Source of the DNA: Bacteroidales bacterium
GTDB taxonomy: Bacteria; Bacteroidota; Bacteroidia; Bacteroidales; FEN-979
Reading direction: 5' to 3'
Assembly: GCA_030681475.1 (NCBI GenBank)
Contig: JAUXWT010000055.1
Coordinates: forward strand, 4,914 to 68,913
DNA length: 64,000 bases
Below, one piece after another: positions 61,453-64,000 of the stretch. The number at the start of each line of letters is the position of its first letter. Positions within the stretch are counted from its first letter, which is position 1. A program made the position numbers and the translations under genes. Under the pieces are notes generated by a model. The model was not told the origin of the DNA. It searched no databases and saw nothing but the letters and a program-made list of their open reading frames with translations.

Positions 61453-63855
61453 ATGATCCGGATTCCAAGAATGATACTGTTGGCGCTTATGGTAGCGCCT
61501 GCAATCTGTTATGCGCAAACCAACCTTTCAGTCACTGCCGGGAAAGTAAAGAGTATCCTGCGAACAGAACATGGCCTGATCATCAGGGCTGACAATGCTT
61601 TTGCCCAAATTTATTCCTACTCCCCCACTGTTATCCGTTTCCGGATCACCCAACATGAACCTGAAGATGACTTTTCGCATGCAGTTATTCGTAAACCTTC
61701 GTCATTTTTCCGTGATCTGAAAGAGAGCCGGGATTCATCAATTGCCCTGACCGATTCACTCCAGGTAGTAATTTACATGAATCCGATGCGTTTCTCGGTC
61801 AGAACCCTGAAGGGAGAGGTGATATCCGAAGATTATGCAAACCTTCCGGTTTCGTGGCTTGGAACTGAAGTAACCACCTATAAAAAACTTTTCAGCGATG
61901 AAAAATTCCTGGGACTGGGTGAAAAGACAGGAAACCTTGATAAACGGGGTAATTCCTTTGAAAACTGGAATTCCGATGTTCCGGCCTATGCCATCAACCA
62001 TGATCCGCTATATCAGAGTATCCCTTTTTTTATCGGAATTCATGGAAAAGTTACCTACGGCATCTTTCTGGATAACTCCTACCGCACTAAATTCAACTTT
62101 GGCGCTTCAACCGATGAGCAATACAGCAGTTTTTCGGCCGCGGATGGTGAAATGAACTATTATCTCTTCGGAACATCTGGTGTCTCAGGGATCATCAGGG
62201 ATTACACATGGCTCACCGGCCGCATGTCTTTGCCACCCTATTGGAGCCTTGGGTACCAGCAATGTCGCTGGAGCTACTTCCCCGAATCGCAGGTGATGGG
62301 CATTGCACAGCAATTCCGCGACAGGCAGATCCCGTGCGATGTGATCTATCTCGACATTGATTACATGGATTCCTATAAAATCTTTACCTGGGATAAGGAG
62401 CGGTTTCCACAACCTCAAACCATGATCGGAAAACTGAATGCCATGGGCTTCCACGTGGTTACTATCGTTGACCCGGGGATAAAGGTGGAAAAAGGATATT
62501 TTGCCTACGATGAAGGAGTGAAAAACAATTATTTTGCTAAATATCCTGACGGGAGCAACTATACCGGAAGTGTGTGGCCCGGCCGGTGCCATTTCCCCGA
62601 CTTCACCAGTGAAACGGTAAGAAAATGGTGGGGAGCATCATTCAACAGTCTCACCGATCCTGGGGTGGAAGGATTCTGGAACGACATGAATGAACCAAGC
62701 GCATGGGGACAAAGCATCCCTAACATCGTTCAGTTTGACGGTGACGGAGGAAAGGCGCCAATGTCGAAGGTACATAATATTTACGGACTTGAAATGTCGC
62801 GCGCAACTTTTGAAGGAACGAAAACCCTTATGAAAGGCAAACGTCCGTTTGTCCTCACCCGTGCAGGCTATGCAGGAATACAGCGCTATTCAGCCGTGTG
62901 GACCGGCGACAATGAAGCCACCGACGATCACATGATGCTCTCGGCTCGCATGATTACCGGACTCGGACTTTCCGGTGTATCATTTACCGGCCCCGATGTG
63001 GGTGGATTCATGGGTAATCCAACCGAAGAGTTATATACTCGCTGGATGTCGATGGGTGTTTATACTCCGTTGTTCAGGAACCATTCGGCCTGGGATACAA
63101 AAAGTAAGGAGCCGTGGTCATTCGGACTTAATGTTGAACGCATGGTTAAAGAGATGGTCGAACAACGGTATCGCCTCCTGCCGTATATCTACTCGGCTTT
63201 CTATGAATCTACCCTGACTGGTCTGCCGGTGGCCCGTAGCCTGGCGATCAACTTTCCTTTCGATGAAAAGATATACTGGCGGAAATACCAGAATCAATAT
63301 CTTTTCGGTGATAACATCCTGGTAGCGCCTGTTTCCGCCAATCAGAATTCAGCAAAGGTTTACCTGCCCGCAGGTGGCTGGTATCGCCTCAGCAACGGGG
63401 AATTTTATAAGGGCAATTCCGAAGTAAATGTTGATGCACCGCTCGATGATCTGCCCGTATTTGTGAAATCATCCGGGATAATTCCGATGCAATCTGTCAT
63501 ACAATACACTGCACAAAAACCCTCCCACATCATGGAATTGCATATTTATAATGGCGATCAAACCAACACCCTGGTCTATTATGAAGATGACGGGGAGACA
63601 TACCAGTTCGAAAGTGGCCAATATTTTCGCAGAAGGATCACCTTTGACCCGGTTCGCCGGCAGATCAACTTTTCAAAAACTGAGGGGAACCATTTATCCA
63701 GGTTCACTACTATCCGCCTTGTACTTCACTCCTTTGATGATGTAATGACCCTCAATTCGGCTGGGAAGGAGTATTCGCTGAAACTCAAATCAGTCACGGA
63801 ACGATCGGCTGAAATTCCAGCGGGCGGCGTGGAGGAGATGATTTTCAGTTATTAA
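61453..63855 (+). CDS. GH31 family alpha-glucosidase
   Basis: Signal peptide. GFWNDMNEPS (catalytic nucleophile signature), YSAVWTGDN, PLFRNHS. Confidence 0.85.
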   Translation: MIRIPRMILLALMVAPAICYAQTNLSVTAGKVKSILRTEHGLIIRADNAFAQIYSYSPTVIRFRITQHEPEDDFSHAVIRKPSSFFRDLKESRDSSIALTDSLQVVIYMNPMRFSVRTLKGEVISEDYANLPVSWLGTEVTTYKKLFSDEKFLGLGEKTGNLDKRGNSFENWNSDVPAYAINHDPLYQSIPFFIGIHGKVTYGIFLDNSYRTKFNFGASTDEQYSSFSAADGEMNYYLFGTSGVSGIIRDYTWLTGRMSLPPYWSLGYQQCRWSYFPESQVMGIAQQFRDRQIPCDVIYLDIDYMDSYKIFTWDKERFPQPQTMIGKLNAMGFHVVTIVDPGIKVEKGYFAYDEGVKNNYFAKYPDGSNYTGSVWPGRCHFPDFTSETVRKWWGASFNSLTDPGVEGFWNDMNEPSAWGQSIPNIVQFDGDGGKAPMSKVHNIYGLEMSRATFEGTKTLMKGKRPFVLTRAGYAGIQRYSAVWTGDNEATDDHMMLSARMITGLGLSGVSFTGPDVGGFMGNPTEELYTRWMSMGVYTPLFRNHSAWDTKSKEPWSFGLNVERMVKEMVEQRYRLLPYIYSAFYESTLTGLPVARSLAINFPFDEKIYWRKYQNQYLFGDNILVAPVSANQNSAKVYLPAGGWYRLSNGEFYKGNSEVNVDAPLDDLPVFVKSSGIIPMQSVIQYTAQKPSHIMELHIYNGDQTNTLVYYEDDGETYQFESGQYFRRRITFDPVRRQINFSKTEGNHLSRFTTIRLVLHSFDDVMTLNSAGKEYSLKLKSVTERSAEIPAGGVEEMIFSY

Positions 63856-64000
63856 CCACATTAGGCACAGTGGGGCACAATAGAAGGACACATTAGTATC
63901 CTTTTAACAAGTGGGCATAAAGGTCTGTTACCAGCGTTTTCTGGCCTTCCCTGAAAATATTCATACAATTGAAATTGATCAGTATCCCTTTGGGTTTTTC

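Overview
This window looks like a Bacteroidota chromosome segment. The clues are many T9SS type-A and type-B C-terminal sorting domains, TAnnTTTG-type promoter boxes and no Shine-Dalgarno reliance. I saw no rRNA, tRNA, CRISPR array, transposase or integrase. All family calls come from reading motifs by eye, with no database search. Content in order:

- **1-8 kb:** a duplicated cell-surface module with two paralogous tandem-DUF3494 (ice-binding-like) T9SS proteins. Each is followed by an aromatic-rich secreted protein, and an OmpA-family gene sits between the two copies.
- **8-11.6 kb:** a rearranged patch. It holds a COG1373-type AAA ATPase with a PD-(D/E)xK-like tail, an orphan T9SS sorting-domain remnant, and a type-B cargo gene with no signal peptide.
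- **11.6-32.7 kb:** a large heavy-metal resistance region. It has an RND pump fused to its TolC-like outer-membrane factor plus an adaptor, and a second oversized CusA-like pump with an OMF and a multi-domain CusB-like adaptor. It also has a CPC-type P1B ATPase, several small Cys/His-rich proteins and a LuxR-type regulator.
- **32.8-39 kb:** a tight operon of XRE-cupin regulator, KamA-type radical-SAM 2,3-aminomutase, 3-oxoacid CoA-transferase A/B, HemL-like class III aminotransferase and thiolase. I read it as a candidate non-canonical beta-amino-acid catabolic route, and it is my top candidate for something undescribed.
- **39-64 kb:** housekeeping and glycan genes (SPFH, PPK2, galK, GH2, GH92, EamA, M64 peptidase, GH31), an orphan propeller/Y_Y_Y LytS-type kinase, and T9SS cargo including one with dockerin-like repeats. 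Two paralogous copies of a small-protein + AbiEii-like nucleotidyltransferase pair also lie here.

Smaller oddities:
- An A8 homopolymer frameshift.
- A 9-bp ATG-containing tandem repeat at a start site.
- A possible P-II gene relic.
- Short degenerate tandem repeats directly after several stop codons.
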